A stretch of 64,000 bases of DNA, from NCBI GenBank assembly GCA_964106915.2, contig OZ066914.1; one strand, given 5' to 3'. Of the stretch, positions 13,701 to 26,694 are shown in pieces; the stretch's first letter is position 1, and each line of letters starts with the position of its first letter. A program made the position numbers and the translations under genes. This stretch comes from Podarcis gaigeae (Eukaryota). The notes below the pieces were generated by a model that had not been told where the DNA came from, did not search any database, and was given only the letters and a program-made list of their open reading frames with translations.

Positions 13701-16700
13701 GTCCCTTCATGTTCTCTTGATGGCTGTGCCTCTGAAGGAGGCAGCCTAGGTTTGCAAGACACTATATGGTAGAAACTTCAATGCTGGCATGCTTCCTTCA
13801 TGGGAACTACCTGTTGGGAGTACCAGCCCAGGGGCTTTTGGGGTGGGGGGTTGTATGGACAATCTAGGTTCTTGCAGCTATCCCTGAATTTGGAGGAGAA
13901 GGTACCCCCCTGTTGAACCTTTATCTTGCCTTTTTACCAGCTCGGATACAGCAGGAAACCTCATTACTCCTTTCTTGTCTCTTCCTTTCCCTCCTGCAGT
14001 TGAATCATTTTCCTGGCTCATTCCAAATTGGTCGGAAGGACCGTCTGTGGAGAAATGTGTCCAAAATGCAGTTGCGCTTTGGGAAGAAGGAGTTCAACTT
14101 TCTGCCCCAGTCCTTCATCCTTCCTCAGGATATCAAGCTGCTCAGAAAGGCTTGGGAAGATTGTGGGAGCCGACAGAAATGGATTGTGAAGCCGGTGAGG
14201 GAGGGCACAGATATGGTTCAACCTGTATAGAGATAGGGGTGTGTCCTTTGTGTGTCTTCTGCCATGGTATAGACATTCTTTCCCTTGCCTTGCCAGTTTC
14301 AGGTTTTCTTGGATGCATCTGATTTTTTTTAATGCATTTCATCAGGCTTTAGGACTTGGGACAGACTGCCTTTGGCATGAGCTCTGTTCTGTTTTTGTAT
14401 TGTGTGGTTTTTATTCTGCTTTAGATTTTAGGTATTTCGTTTCATGGTTTTAATCTCTGTAAACCACTCAGAGAACTTAAGTAATTAGATGGTACTGAAG
14501 TGCAGTTAACAATAATTAATGGTAATGTAAACTACACCCCCCACCTTCCTCTAAAGCAACAATGCATATTCTCTTCTCATAGATGGACAGTTTCTACTTG
14601 TTAATTCTGGTTCCCTCTTGACTATATCATAGCTTTAGCCCAATAGTCCCTTTGGCTGTCAGTCTGCCTCTTACTGCAAGTAGGACCTGCACCAGTCTGA
14701 AAACCCACCTGTCATCTTCTTCTTCATTCATTTCCTTGATATTGGGAAGGACAGGTGTAATCCTCCCTGGTGTATTGTTTTAAAATATTCTGGGTTTTTA
14801 TTCTTTGCAACCTCGTAAAGGTTGTGAATAAAAGTGCCTCACATTTGCATTTCGCCATGTCATTGAATCTGAGGTGTTTTAGGTGAAAAGAGGCACCCTT
14901 AAACATGTAAACGAGGAGAGAAGACTGGGAGACATGCAGGGGGTGCCTCCTTCTGTTCCTAGGAGCCTCAAACATTTCCTAAAGAGAGAGAAAGGCGCCC
15001 CCCTTTTAATGAGGACTAAAGTATTTTCAAAACCCTAGATATTCTCTGTCTCGACAGGTGCCATAGTCTGTACTGTACTGCATGACTACAGCCAGGCGTG
15101 TTTTTGAAACTTCTAGGGAATTAGCTTATCAGTCAGTGACAGCAAGGAACTCAAAGCTGCTATACACCAACTTGTGAATATACAAAGCTTTTATTGACTT
15201 AAAAAGCCTTTGCTGACATGCTCAGTCTTTGAAAAAGCTGCCACAGTAATTGATTTTAACATACTGCTGAACTTAAAATTACATTGAGATTTTTGTGAGG
15301 CTGCTTCTTTGGAGGCTTGTCTTAAGACTGATAGTATTAAAACAAATTCCTTTCATGTACCCCACCTTCCCAGACTGTAATCGGATGTTCCAGCTTTGAA
15401 TTGTAGGATAGCAACAAATGGATGCAATGTGAACATCGCTCTCTGTCTTTCACTCACTTTAGCCAGCATCAGCTAGAGGCATCGGCATTCAGGTCATCCA
15501 TAAGTGGAGCCAGCTGCCCAAGCGCAGGCCACTCCTGGTGCAAAGGTAAGCAAGTCCCCCTGCCCTGCCGGTCTTTCCCCACCCTGCTAACAAAAGATTG
15601 ACTTTAAGGTATCAAAGAACCAACTTGTTTCTGATTATGCTTTCTGCTGTTGTAAAACTTTACATTGTTCTGTGGGGTTTGTTTGTTTTGCTTCTGCTTC
15701 CAGCTAAAGAGTAGAGCAGTTGTGGAATTGTTACGATATTGACATGGGTTCAGAAATATGGCTAAAGGAGACCTTTTGCTGTGGCAAGGAGTATCATTTG
15801 TTGAGAAAGCTGGCATTTCATCAGCAGTCTCCCAAACCCCTTAGAAACCATCTCCATCAAGCCTCTCTACTGGTGACAATGTCCTGAACTTCTTGAGACT
15901 AAATCTCAGGGCTACTCTATGATGTGGTTCCTGTATGCTCACCTGTCTTTCTGTTGCAGGTACTTACATAAACCCTACCTCATTGGTGGAAGCAAGTTCG
16001 ACTTGAGGATTTATGTTTACGTCACATGCTATGATCCACTTCGGGTTTACTTGTTCAAAGATGGACTTGTTCGTTTTGCCAGCTGCAAGTAGGTTTCCTA
16101 TGAATTGGTAACCTCAGAAAGAGGGTTGGGTTGACTGCTTGTCAGAAGACCAGCTGAGATTCATGAATAGCAGATTAAATATGTTTTCTGAAAAGAGTAG
16201 ACTAACTATTGGTTTCAGGTGTCATTTGTATTACAGCCTGTGCACATCCTTTTGGTTTAAGCAGTGACTATTGAGAACCAATTATTTGCTTGCACTGTGT
16301 AGCTGTCTGTGCTTTTAAAATAGCCAATTATTAAATGATTTATTTTATTTTATTCATTTCATAAAACTTATACACTGCTTGATTGTTAAAAAAAACCTCA
16401 AAGAGGTTTACAAAAAGATAAAACAAGAAAATCAAGAAAAAAATTACAGCTGCACTTTAAATCATACAGAAGTTAAAATAATAAGACAGATTATAATTAC
16501 TTCAGATTCCTAAGCATCTGGATGCTTAGGCAAAGTTGGTGAATAACTCAAGTCAGAGCAACTCTTGATGATTAACAATTTGAATTGTTAAACCAGTCAT
16601 ATCACATACATTCATTCTCATTCTCTCTCACACACACCAGGCTGGAGCTTAGAGGAGATACTTAAAGATTGGTGTGTGTGCCTCTGTCTTTTAGCTCCCA

Positions 16701-19700
16701 CACTGCTAGCATTCCTCCCTCTTCTTGCCATTTCATTTTGATGAGTGATGTCTCCTTACTTAGTGTAAACTTCTGTTCTTCCTTCACCTCAGATATTCCC
16801 CCTCTGTGAAGAGCCTCAACAACAAGTACATGCACTTGACTAATTACAGTATCAACAAGAAGAATATTGAATACAAGGCTAACACAGATGAAACTGCATG
16901 TCAGGGTCACAAGTGGTGAGTATTGATGAGCAGGAACGAGAATCCTTTTGTATGTGTTATGTTCTTGACTGGCTTATGTTGTCTTACCTCTCTAGTCCTG
17001 AGTAGCTCAGATGTAGTCCTACTGTTTCCATAGGAAAGAGACTTTATTTTCATTTATTAAACAAAATGTATAGACCACTTAATCAAAAAAGAAAGGTCTC
17101 ATAAGTGGTTTATATAAAATGACATTAAAAACATGGTCGGTTCTGAGTTCATGTTGCCTTTTTCCTTCAGAGATGGGGGGAGAGGAGTTAATAACACTAT
17201 CTGGGGCAACTCTAATGCACTTGTATCCTCTGTTCTGTCTCCACAGGGCACTGAAGGCACTTTGGAGTTATTTAGCCCAGAAAGGAGTTGACAGTGAAGC
17301 CATCTGGGAGAAGATAAAAGACATTGTTGTCAAAACCATCATTGCGTAAGTCTCAGGATCTATTTGTGTTCCCCCCAGCCCTTTGCTTTCAGGAGGACCT
17401 CTTTTTGACGGGTCATCTTATCCATTAGCTAGAGATGTGTACCAATGTTTGCAGATGTTTTGAGCAAGTGTGCATCTTTGCTTCTTTCTTGCTGATTTGT
17501 GCTTCTGGAATCAGATTCTCCTACTGTGTTGTTTCTCGAGGGTTGTTGATTGTTCCTTGGCCCCAAAAGTATCTTGTTTGGATCTTAATAACCTGAAGCA
17601 AGGAAGGGTCATGTGCTGTCTTCATCAGGCTCTCATCTGAGCCATGTGGGGAAGCTATTGCTGAAGCCCTGTTTTTGTGGCATGCTTGTACCATGTGCCT
17701 GGCTAGAGTGAAGCATAAGAGGCATAAGATGATGCATAAGATGCTAGTTTGTCTGCTCAGGAACAACCTAGCGCATCTTTCATTTTCTAGATCAGAGCCC
17801 TACATAATCAATCTTGTGAAGATGTATGTGAGACGCCCTTACTGCTGCCATGAGCTGTTTGGGTTTGATATCATGCTGGATGAGAACCTTAAGCCATGGA
17901 TTCTGGAAGTCAATATTTCCCCCAGGTAAGTTGTGCATGGTGTACCCTTCAGCTTGAGCTCTGACTTGGTGCATTTCACTACAATTTCAAGAACACCCTT
18001 TACCTCCAGTTTGTCCCACAGATGCATGCTAGGCCTATATGCACAGATGCATGCAGTCTGTTTTGCCAATGCCTTACTTCATGTGCTGATGGCTTCCATC
18101 TCTTAATGTGAAGGAGGCAACACTTACATTGAACTGTATCACACAGTGTGTCTCTGATTGGTAGGTATGTCTGTGTATTGTGTATGCATGTGGGTGTGGT
18201 GGGGGAGGGGATACTAAAAGAGAGAGAGATTGTCTTGCCTTGAAGATTGAGTTCCTCCTTTCTCTCTTTTGGAAATCAAACTTAACAGCTATCTAAAATG
18301 CCAAAAGCTAGGGCCAAAGACATGAAGATGGGCTTGTCCAATCAAGGTTTTGTTCTCTCTGCAGCCTTCATTCAAACTCTCCTCTGGATGTGAGCATCAA
18401 GGGTCAAATGGTCAGAGATGCCCTTAATTTGGCTGGTTTTCTGTTGCCAAGCACAGATGATGTGGCTTCACCCTCTGGAAGTGCCAGCAGCTCCACAACT
18501 AGGTTAGAGATCAAACTCAGTTTTACTGGGCATCTCATCTTTTGCATTGTTCTTGTTCAGTTGGGGAGTGAGGAGGCCTGAGTTGGAAAGACTGAGATGA
18601 AAAGTTGTTGTGCCAATAGTATGTGTGGCTGTGGCACAGAAGTGTAGCTGTAGCCTGTATATAAGACTATGCATTTTATTCAGTCACGCTATTGGTACAG
18701 AAACTGAATTAAGCATCCAAAGAATCTCTGCTTTTGTTATTTTCAAAGCAAGTTTCTGGTCCATGTAATTGCAAGATGGGCTTGAAAATACCCGGGCAAT
18801 ACCTTGTGCAACTTTGGAAGCTGAGCAGTGGTGGTGATTGATCTCAGAAATATTGCCAGGAATACTAGGCTTCAGTAGCTGGAATTGTGTATTGCTCCTC
18901 AACTCAGTTCAGCCACAATAGCTGTCAGGGATAGCAGCAAACACCTGGAGGACACCAGGTTGAGGAAAGCATGAAGCAGGCTTGTGAGGGATGGGGCCTG
19001 GGGAAGGGAGCATGGCCTGGGAAGAGTCCTGGGGCCCAGATGGAGGAGCTGGAGGGTTGCACGCTGCCCCCATGCCTAAGGTTCCCCATCCTTGATCTAT
19101 GACTCCATGGATCGTTTGAGGCTTTTTTCGTTTCTTTTGGCTTAACAGAGTATTGCTTATGGTTCTGGCTATAGGTGGCTGAATTGAGGGCACTGACTAA
19201 CTCTCTGTGTACTAACTTTAATTATTGCTGTGCCCAGCTTGAATAGTGTCACAAAGGAGAAGAGTAAGTCATCTCTGGAGCTGTTCACTTCTGAGAAAAC
19301 GAAAAGAGCTTTTTATCTGACCTCAAAAGTGCCTGATCAGGTAGGCGAGAACATGCCTTCCCGAAATACTCTGCCCTCATTCTGAGATTTCATGCATGTT
19401 TGGGCTGGAGTTCTCCGCTCTTCTTTGAATCATTTCATTAACTGTTTAATTAAATGAAACCATAAGTAGTGTGCATAAAGCAATATAATTTCATCAAACA
19501 AGTATACATAACTAAATTATGTTTCTCGCTAGGCTTGCTAAAATAAAAAAAAGTTTTTAGCAGGGGTGTAAGGATGCCTGCCTAATATTACTAGACAAGG
19601 AGTTGCAAAGCATAGAGGTAGCTACACTGAAATATTGACTCGTACTAGCAGGTGATCATTACAATCGCTTGGCTTGGGGAGTGCTTAAGAGTTCAACCAA

Positions 19701-20975
19701 GCACTTTTCCTGACAGTAAATGTGTCAGATGCAGGTAAGATGCATCCACACACAAGGAGGAGGTGCTTGTTTATTCACAGAAGGACTGGTATTTGAAGGA
19801 GGTTGTATTTGACATATAGGATATGATTTGGCTAAGTGTTGAAGTTAGAAAGAGCTGTATTTCAACTGTATTCAGAGCAAGGCTAGTGTCAAACCTTAAG
19901 CCCATCAAATACACAGCATAGCTTAAGAAAATGTTACAAACTATAGTTAAGACCCAATAGGCCATAGCCACTGGTTGCCATTGTTATAATGGGTGTGCCT
20001 TGAAGCAGTAAGATTTCCCATTTCTGACTTACACACATGCTTTTTGGTTTAGTTTGTTCAAGGGGTACAAGAAGCATTTGGGAACCATAACCAAGAACCC
20101 TGCCTTTTCTTCTTCACCCCCTCCAACAAATTCCTATTTGGATATCTCTCTTCTGTCTTTCCACTGCTGTCACAGTGGGAGGGTAATATGTGTTGCGTGG
20201 CCACCATCCTAAAGTGGCAATCATAGTGGTTTTAGAGAACCGAAAGTGGCATGCATGTAGACTTGTGCAGTTACCTCCTGGAAAACCAAGGTGTTTCCCT
20301 GTCCATCTTGGCTGCAGGAGTTCTATTCCACCATCCTAGATGTTCTAACACCAGATGATGTACGTGTCCTAGTAGAGACAGAGGATGAATTCGCTCGACG
20401 TGGACAGTTTGAGCGAGTTTTCCCCTCGCGCTTCTCCATGCACTACCTACGTTTCTTTGAGCAGCCGCGATACTACAACATCCTTACTTCCCAGTGGGAG
20501 CTGAAATATTTCGTGAATAAGGTCAAAGGTAAAAAAGTTCCCATCACCTCCTTCTTGCAAGCTCCCTTCTAGGATAAGCAGTTAGTTGTTTGATCCAGCC
20601 CTTTATAAGTAGACTGCATACCTTGCTTTCTAACCCAGAGCTGTCTGTGCTCTTTCACATAGCATTATTATCTGTCATCCTTACAGGCTGCCAGTGTGGT
20701 TTGAGTGTTGCTTCTTGCTGGGTCATTTCTGTCATCTTCCCCACTCCCCACACCTTGCAGCCACATCTTTGGCTTTGGGGCAGAAGTCTCTCTTTATTCT
20801 TGCCCACCCCTTTGTCCTTTCATTGGTTTCTATTGCCTATCTTTAAGCCCACACCCTCACCCAGAGCCTTCCTGTTCATCAGTGTTACCTGCTTCTCTTG
20901 AGTGTATCCAGATAATTCCATAGAATAGACCAGGGAGTTCAACATCTTCAAATGAGCATCATACCATTGCAGCTT

Positions 20976-21018
<43 letters not shown>

Positions 21019-23297
21019 GGTCGCTCAGTATCAAGGCCCTGCATTACGTGTACCCACTGCCTTCTTATATCCAGGGCAGTTGCTTAGTAATGGCCCTCAA
21101 AATTTCACATGTGAACTAGCATTCGTTCTGTGGTGTTCCTTTCTGCAGGGGTGGATCTGCTCAGAAACTGGTGTCACAAAGGCTTTCATAATGGAGTGGT
21201 GACAGAATCCACAGTGATGGTAAGGGTGGGCCCTCTTTGCCTTTCCTCATACCTTAGATATGTTCTGCTTTTTCATGAGGGTGCCCATCAGAACTACTTG
21301 TTACTAATCAAGTGGCTCTATATTTGTGGCTGTCTTACTGGCCTGCAGCACCTTCCCTTTGCTTCACTAAGTTTGAGGTATGCTGGGAGATAAGAAAGGA
21401 ACATTTAGTAGCCCCCTCACTAGCTGTCTAACTCTGCACTCTCTCAACTTCAGTGGTCAATTCCAAGATCCCACCTCTATATGAAGAATGAACTCCCTGT
21501 GAATGGCTTGAGCAAGATGGAATTAGGCAGAACCAGGTGAGATTGCAAGAACCAGCCACTGTTATATCTCAATACATTTCCAGTTGGGGGTTGTCCATGA
21601 TTTTTCATCCATTCCCTTATAGTACAATTCTTTGCAAGTCTGCTCTGAAGTAATCCCCACTGCATTCAATGGGACGTATTCCCAGGTGGTTGTGTGTAGG
21701 ATTGTAGCCATGGTTAATATATTTTAATGCATGTTAACCTTCTCATGAATACATGGAGAGAAAGGAAACTCTTCTTTGTTACTTATATGCCACCTTTACA
21801 TTCCTCCCCTGATATATTACCCTTTTAACAAGCGTGATCTTAACTGTTTATGTGTTACTTTCTGCCCCTGTTAGGATGTGCCAGAGGATTAAATTAGAAG
21901 CATCTGCTTCTGGGTTTAAACTAACCGTGGTTAATCATTATATCCAGTAAGGGCAAACTATAGTTAGTTTCAACTGGGCTTTTTCAGTGTGGTGCCCACT
22001 GAGGCACTCTGCAGTGGCTGTGAGACTTTTCTGCCATTCTGACTTGCAACTCCTGCTTTTAAAAAAAATCATGGAGGCTGGATACAGTGCCAATCTTAAT
22101 TTTCCCTGAGTAGCCCTGAGCCCATGTATGGTCAGGCAGCTTTGATCATGTAGCTACAAGCTAGGATTTCATGTTAAGTTCAAACCAGGTCATTGTCTTA
22201 GCCTTTATTATTTTTACTTTGGTATATATCTGACATAAATAATTATTTGTAGCATTTTTATACTAACCTGTAACACTAAGTATTCTGGGCAGTATACTTT
22301 AAAACACACACACATGTAAAATGTAAAAACAACATGAACACAAAACCACAAACAAAACTGAAACTTCAAAATAAAACCATCAGCAGAGGAACCAGTAGTA
22401 CCCAATGTCTAAAAAAACCCCACACCTTTTGACCGTGTTTTTAAGTAGGAAAGCCTAGCTGAATAAAAGGCCTTGACCTATGGCCACTGAAAAGTTGGCA
22501 GCTGCCTCACCTGGCAGGGGTGGACTTTTAAAGATGATTTTCAGGTTGGGCTGGGTATATATGGGAGGAGATAGTCCTTCAGATAACCTAGCCCCAGGTT
22601 ATTTAGGGCAGGAATAGAGAACCTGCAGCCTTCCAGTTGTTGTTGGCCTTTGTCTCATTCCAGCCAGCATGGCCCATGGCCAGAGATTATTGGAGTTCTA
22701 GTCCCAGAACATCTGGAGGGTCACAGATTCTCCATCTCTGTTTTAGGGCTTGAAAAGTTAATACCTGCACTTTGAATTGTCCCCTGGAATAGATTAGAAG
22801 CCACTGTAGATAGCAAAGCACAGGCATGATACAATTTTTCAGCCACTCCCTGTTAACAATCTTGCTGCCCTGTTTTGGAGCAGCTGAAGTTTCTAGACTG
22901 TTTTCAAGGCAGCCCGAGGTTACAGCACATTGTGGTAAACAGGCCTAGGCAGTGGTGAGCCATAAGCCCTAAAACCTTCTTCCCCATCAAATACAGGGAT
23001 GACACAGTAGTAATAGAAAGACTACTGTTTCCTTCAGACGGGTGAAAATGATATGCTATGGAAATGGTTCTCTCTGTGTGATCTCTATTCTGTGCTGCAA
23101 GACAGATCTGCCTCTGTCTCAAGTTCTGTCTTCTTTCCAACAGCAAAATCCTTGTCCAGCGAGATGGGGAGGAGCCAGTCCGAAGCTCTGAGCCAAACCC
23201 TTGCACTCAAAGCTTACCTCAGATTAAATACACAGCTGGAAGTCTCAAGAAACCCACAATCCCTCGGACCCTCAGCAACTCAAGCCTAGTGAAGTGA
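6402..23297 (+). CDS. TTLL4: Tubulin monoglutamylase TTLL4, whole gene CDS: join(6402..7795,9093..9214,10866..10929,11287..11411,12456..12566,13478..13554,14000..14194,15463..15545,15960..16088,16793..16915,17247..17345,17791..17925,18365..18502,19238..19340,20318..20528,21149..21219,21454..21536,23144..23297); 3417 nt, 1138 aa
   Basis: All introns are GT-AG and phases chain into one open frame. TTL-domain motifs: [60 protein letters not shown]-terminus [31 protein letters not shown] is TTLL4-like. Confidence 0.96.
7942..8613. mobile_element. hAT-like MITE with internal palindromes, nested in an older repeat
   Basis: Imperfect TIR (TCGGGCTGGGCGAAAT vs reverse-complemented right end TAGGCCTGAGCGACAT, 12/16); 8-bp TSD GCTGTCTG/GCTGACTG; splits a copy of the CCCTCCAGATGTT family. 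Confidence 0.7.
9093..9214 (+). CDS. TTLL4: TTLL4 coding exon 2 (acidic, [15 protein letters not shown])
   Basis: ttgtag| ... GAAG|gtcagc; phase 2 to 1. Confidence 0.85.
9879..9906. repeat. (CTA)n microsatellite
   Basis: Read directly. Confidence 0.9.
10866..10929 (+). CDS. TTLL4: TTLL4 coding exon 3 ([22 protein letters not shown])
   Basis: tttttctttag| ... CAG|gttcgt; phase 1 to 2. Confidence 0.87.
11287..11411 (+). CDS. TTLL4: TTLL4 coding exon 4 ([24 protein letters not shown])
   Basis: ttttcctag| ... GAG|gtaagg. Confidence 0.93.
12456..12566 (+). CDS. TTLL4: TTLL4 coding exon 5 ([25 protein letters not shown])
   Basis: ctttcctag| ... AGA|gtgagt. Confidence 0.94.
13478..13554 (+). CDS. 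TTLL4: TTLL4 coding exon 6 ([25 protein letters not shown])
   Basis: cccacag| ... AAG|gtatga. Confidence 0.94.
14000..14194 (+). CDS. TTLL4: TTLL4 coding exon 7 ([17 protein letters not shown]...WIVKP)
   Basis: ctcctgcag| ... CCG|gtgagg. Confidence 0.95.
15463..15545 (+). CDS. TTLL4: TTLL4 coding exon 8 ([28 protein letters not shown])
   Basis: cactttag| ... AAG|gtaagc; carries the Arg typical of initiating glutamylases. Confidence 0.95.
15960..16088 (+). CDS. TTLL4: TTLL4 coding exon 9 ([43 protein letters not shown])
   Basis: gttgcag| ... CAA|gtaggt. Confidence 0.95.
16793..16915 (+). CDS. TTLL4: TTLL4 coding exon 10 ([12 protein letters not shown]...CQGHKW)
   Basis: cacctcag| ... GTG|gtgagt. 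Confidence 0.95.
17247..17345 (+). CDS. TTLL4: TTLL4 coding exon 11 (ALKALWSYL...[15 protein letters not shown])
   Basis: ctccacag| ... TGC|gtaagt. Confidence 0.95.
17791..17925 (+). CDS. TTLL4: TTLL4 coding exon 12 ([26 protein letters not shown])
   Basis: ttttctag| ... CAG|gtaagt; catalytic EVN motif. Confidence 0.96.
18365..18502 (+). CDS. TTLL4: TTLL4 coding exon 13 ([25 protein letters not shown])
   Basis: ctctgcag| ... TAG|gttaga. Confidence 0.93.
19238..19340 (+). CDS. TTLL4: TTLL4 coding exon 14 ([16 protein letters not shown])
   Basis: tgcccag| ... CAG|gtaggc. Confidence 0.9.
20318..20528 (+). CDS. TTLL4: TTLL4 coding exon 15 ([36 protein letters not shown])
   Basis: gctgcag| ... 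AAG|gtaaaa. Confidence 0.94.
20978..21015. repeat. (TG)n microsatellite
   Basis: Read directly. Confidence 0.95.
21149..21219 (+). CDS. TTLL4: TTLL4 coding exon 16 ([14 protein letters not shown])
   Basis: ttctgcag| ... ATG|gtaagg. Confidence 0.92.
21454..21536 (+). CDS. TTLL4: TTLL4 coding exon 17 (WSIPRSHLY...LSKMELGRT)
   Basis: caacttcag| ... CAG|gtgaga. Confidence 0.88.
22610..22740. repeat. Representative copy of an abundant ~130-bp palindromic squamate repeat (AACCTGTGGCCCTCCAGATGTT...ACATCTGGAGGGCCACAGGTT)
   Basis: Further full or partial copies near 7866/8614, 31120, 36098, 37645, 38770-39010, 39165, 43545, 46945 and 49465. Confidence 0.65.
23144..23297 (+). CDS. TTLL4: TTLL4 last coding exon (…TQSLPQIKY…SSLVK*)
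   Basis: ttctttccaacag|; phase 2 matches the previous exon; TGA at 23295-23297. Confidence 0.85.
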
Positions 23298-26200
23298 TGG
23301 GGGACTGAGTGAGTGGCCAACTTCCCCTTCCTTATGGTCTCAGGAGGGGGCGTACGTGACCTACCTCAACGGAAGCTAGGAGAGCCAGCATGGAAAGATG
23401 GGGAGGACCTTTCGTCCGGCACGCCCACGTAGAACTATTTTTTTGGAAAGGGAATTGGGTCAAAGAGGAGATGTTTAACTTGGTTAAAAGGGACAAATGC
23501 TCTGTTTATAGTTTTTTTTTATGACAAAGGAAGTTGCTAAACACAGAAGCTTGGAAAACCTATTTAACTTTTAGTGTGAGTTCCTTATAGTTTATTGACC
23601 TTGCCATGATCGTCACCACTTGAGCCATAAGTGCCTCTCGCTGTTAAGTGCTGACATGCTAGGTTTCGCCAGACACTGACAACCTCAATGACCATTTGTG
23701 AAATGAGCTGCTACCATGAGGCAATTGCATGTTTGCAATTGACATAATAACCCATGTATTCACAACATGACACAAATTCCTTATTAGCTGAACAGGTGGG
23801 AAAACAAACTTTAGAATGGCTTAACACCAGTAAATCAGGCAGATATTTTTTCATAAACTCTCTGGTGCATGGTCGTAAGAGAAATAGGCTTAAACAGTGA
23901 GGGAGGTGGTGGGGATTCCTTGAATATTCTTATTCTCTAGGTACACACCCATGTTTACTTAGTTCCTGGGTACAGATTTCCTGATGGACTTTAGTTATGG
24001 AAGGTACTTTCTACTTACTTTTTACTCTGGAGAAGCAGATTTTGCAGTGTGCTGGTCCAAAGCACAACTGTGTAGCTTAAGCACTGGTGGTGGGTTCTAG
24101 CTTTGTGCTGGGACTCTGAAAAAGGTGTGCTAAGGTGGCTGCTTCTTGTTCCTCTCTGGTTTAGGGTCAGGTGGTTATCTGTGTTAATCCTCCTAGCATT
24201 CATATACACCCTAGAACACTCTCCAGTTCTTTACCCCTAAAGAAGACTTGACTATAATTTAGCCCAAGTGGTGCTTGGCTGTATAATTCTTGCTTTAAGT
24301 ACTGCAGCCTCAGTCAGTGTTATTTCTGATCAGTCAGTGCCTTCTCCCTTCTGCTGGAGAATTCTGCCTTTTCTCCACTTGTTATACTTTACTCCTAATC
24401 TGAATCTGGTACTGGATCCCAGCTTTGGGTACACTTTTCAGTTGTGTGCGTATGTCCGGAATGTGTTGGTAAACTTGCGCTTACAGCCAGCAAGGGCCGT
24501 CTGCTGTCCTGATCCCTGGGCACTAATAGATGCATCTGTTGCTCTACTTGACTCCTGATACCTTGACACTTAGGAGCATTTCCTGCCTGTACTCAGACAC
24601 CACGTGCAGGAAGCTGCTAAATTCTGAGTCTTGAGGGTGAACAACTTTGGCTGCAAGAAATATTTCTGTTTAATGAAGGATAGGAGTCCTTTTATCTCAT
24701 TTTACACACACACAGTCAGATGCTATGGACAGCATGAGGCATGCATCACTGTGAAGTCTTCTATTTTTTCCATGTAGCAGTAATGATATTCCAAATGCCT
24801 GTAAGTATTTCTCACTATGGTGGTGAGATGTGTTTAGGTGGCTACTTGTGATATAAATGGCCAGAAAAAGGAAGGCATCATTCCTACAGTGCATCTCTCC
24901 AAATAGATTGCTTCTCCAATGGTCAGGGCAGTATTTATGAATCACACAGTCCTGGAAATCTCCTGGATACAACTGGATACAGCAGCTGTAATCTAGAATA
25001 TAGATGCAGTGTGCATTTATTGTTAAAGTGGTTCAAGTCATTGCAGAGGGGTGTGAGATTCCCCGGAGCACATAACACCAAAACAACAGGGCACCTCTTT
25101 CTTACTACATCTGTCATTTGCTTCTCCTAAGTAACCTCAGTGACTAAGCTCTTAAGAGCAGAAAAGCTGGGAAACATAGAGTTGGAAGCCAAGCCAGGCA
25201 CACTGGATGTAGCTGTGCTTTCTCCTGGGGCCTTAGCAGTAGAAGCAGCAGCTCTCCTTGCATCATGCCAGGGAATGAGTTGCTAGAAATCATTTCAGAG
25301 TCTGCCTTGCAGGCAGCGACTTACCTTGCATTTCTGTCTTACTTCACTGGCTGTATTAACACAGGTATCTATCTTGGTGAGACCTTTATGGCATGATCCC
25401 CTGAATTAAAGCTTCTTTTCCCCTTGGCTTGTTATTTCCATCCCCTTCAGATTCATCATAACTTCTCTCCAGCTTGGCTCTTCTCTTAGCCAGCTTGGCT
25501 GTCGCTGAGGTTGGGAAGATAGAAGTGGAGACGGCTTGCTTCTTCCAAGTTCATACTCTATATGTTCCTGGCTACTAGCTTCATCAGTTGACAGTTATCA
25601 ACCTTCCCTGCAAAACTTTGTAAACAGAGGGGAAGGGTGTGTTGCACTAATCTCTATTGCAAGACAGCCTTTTCTCCAAAAAGCCACCAGAAGACAGTCT
25701 AATCCTTTAGGAGGCTTGAGTGTTGAATTTTTGTTTTAATTTCTTATGCCCTTTTTGCAAGCCAAGCTGGGCAGGTGCTGAGATCTTGGTGAGGCAGTGC
25801 ATTAGCAAAAGGAGGACAAGCCAATTTCTAGTAAGGTAATAAAACAAGGGTAGAGGGAGAGTTGGCTTCCTACTGCTAACATCCTCAATATATGTTCAGT
25901 TTTAACTTGGTTAAAACCTCTCTCCCTGTTTGCTTGGTACACAAAATGAAGGCTTGCATTTTGAATCCTCTTTTAGGAACCAACCTATGTGTCCTAGCCC
26001 TGCAACAGGTTTTATTTCACTGTCCCCTACTGAAAACTGAGTGTCATGTCCCTTCTTTGGGCTCTGTAGGAGGTTGGTGCCTAATGTGTCCCTCTCAAAT
26101 CTCATAGCGACAATCTTCTGTGAACTAGCCTGACTCCTAGGATTGTATTGAATGACCTAAAAGAGCTAGCTGTGTAGAAGTGTGAAAGTGGAGAGGCCTC

Positions 26201-26520
26201 TTCGAGTGTCCTAAATAATTCTCCCAGCTGGCCGTCTCCCTGAGCCGCCTTATACTCTTGCCACCACCACCCACCCTTCCTGACTTGAGTAATTACGAGC
26301 AAACAGGTGTTCAGCACTCCTCCAATGTGGTTTACACAGCTATCTCTGTTTCCTGGTATTAACAGGCATTGCTGGTTCTCTCCTTCCCCCATGCCCCATC
26401 AGTATTTGAACATTAGGTGGGTACTACTCTGCACAAAATGTCATGGATCGCTCAATGTAAATTGGTGGAACTCAAAAGATCTAGGGAAAAGGCATTGCAT
26501 TTCTGGCCAGATATCACCCT

Positions 26521-26694
26521 TCAGCTCAGTGGTAGAGCATATGCATATGCTTTGCATGCACAAAATCCCAGGTTCCCAAATAAGGTGGGAAAGACTCGTG
26601 GCTGAAACCTTGGAGAACCTCTGCCAAGTCACCATAAACAGTGCTGAGGTAGATGGACCAATGGTCTGACTCAGTATAAGGTAACTTCCTATGT
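26521..26694 (+). mobile_element. tRNA-derived SINE (Squam3-like)
   Basis: A-box head AGCTCAGTGGTAGAGCAT, TTTGCATGCA, and tail AGATGGACCAATGGTCTGACTCAGTATAAGG shared with other copies. Family name is from memory. Confidence 0.7.

Noticed and set aside
26521-26600. tRNA-like sequence (also at 39350 and 63211)
   Set aside because: No complete cloverleaf, and it is followed by the shared SINE body, so these are SINE heads, not tRNA genes.
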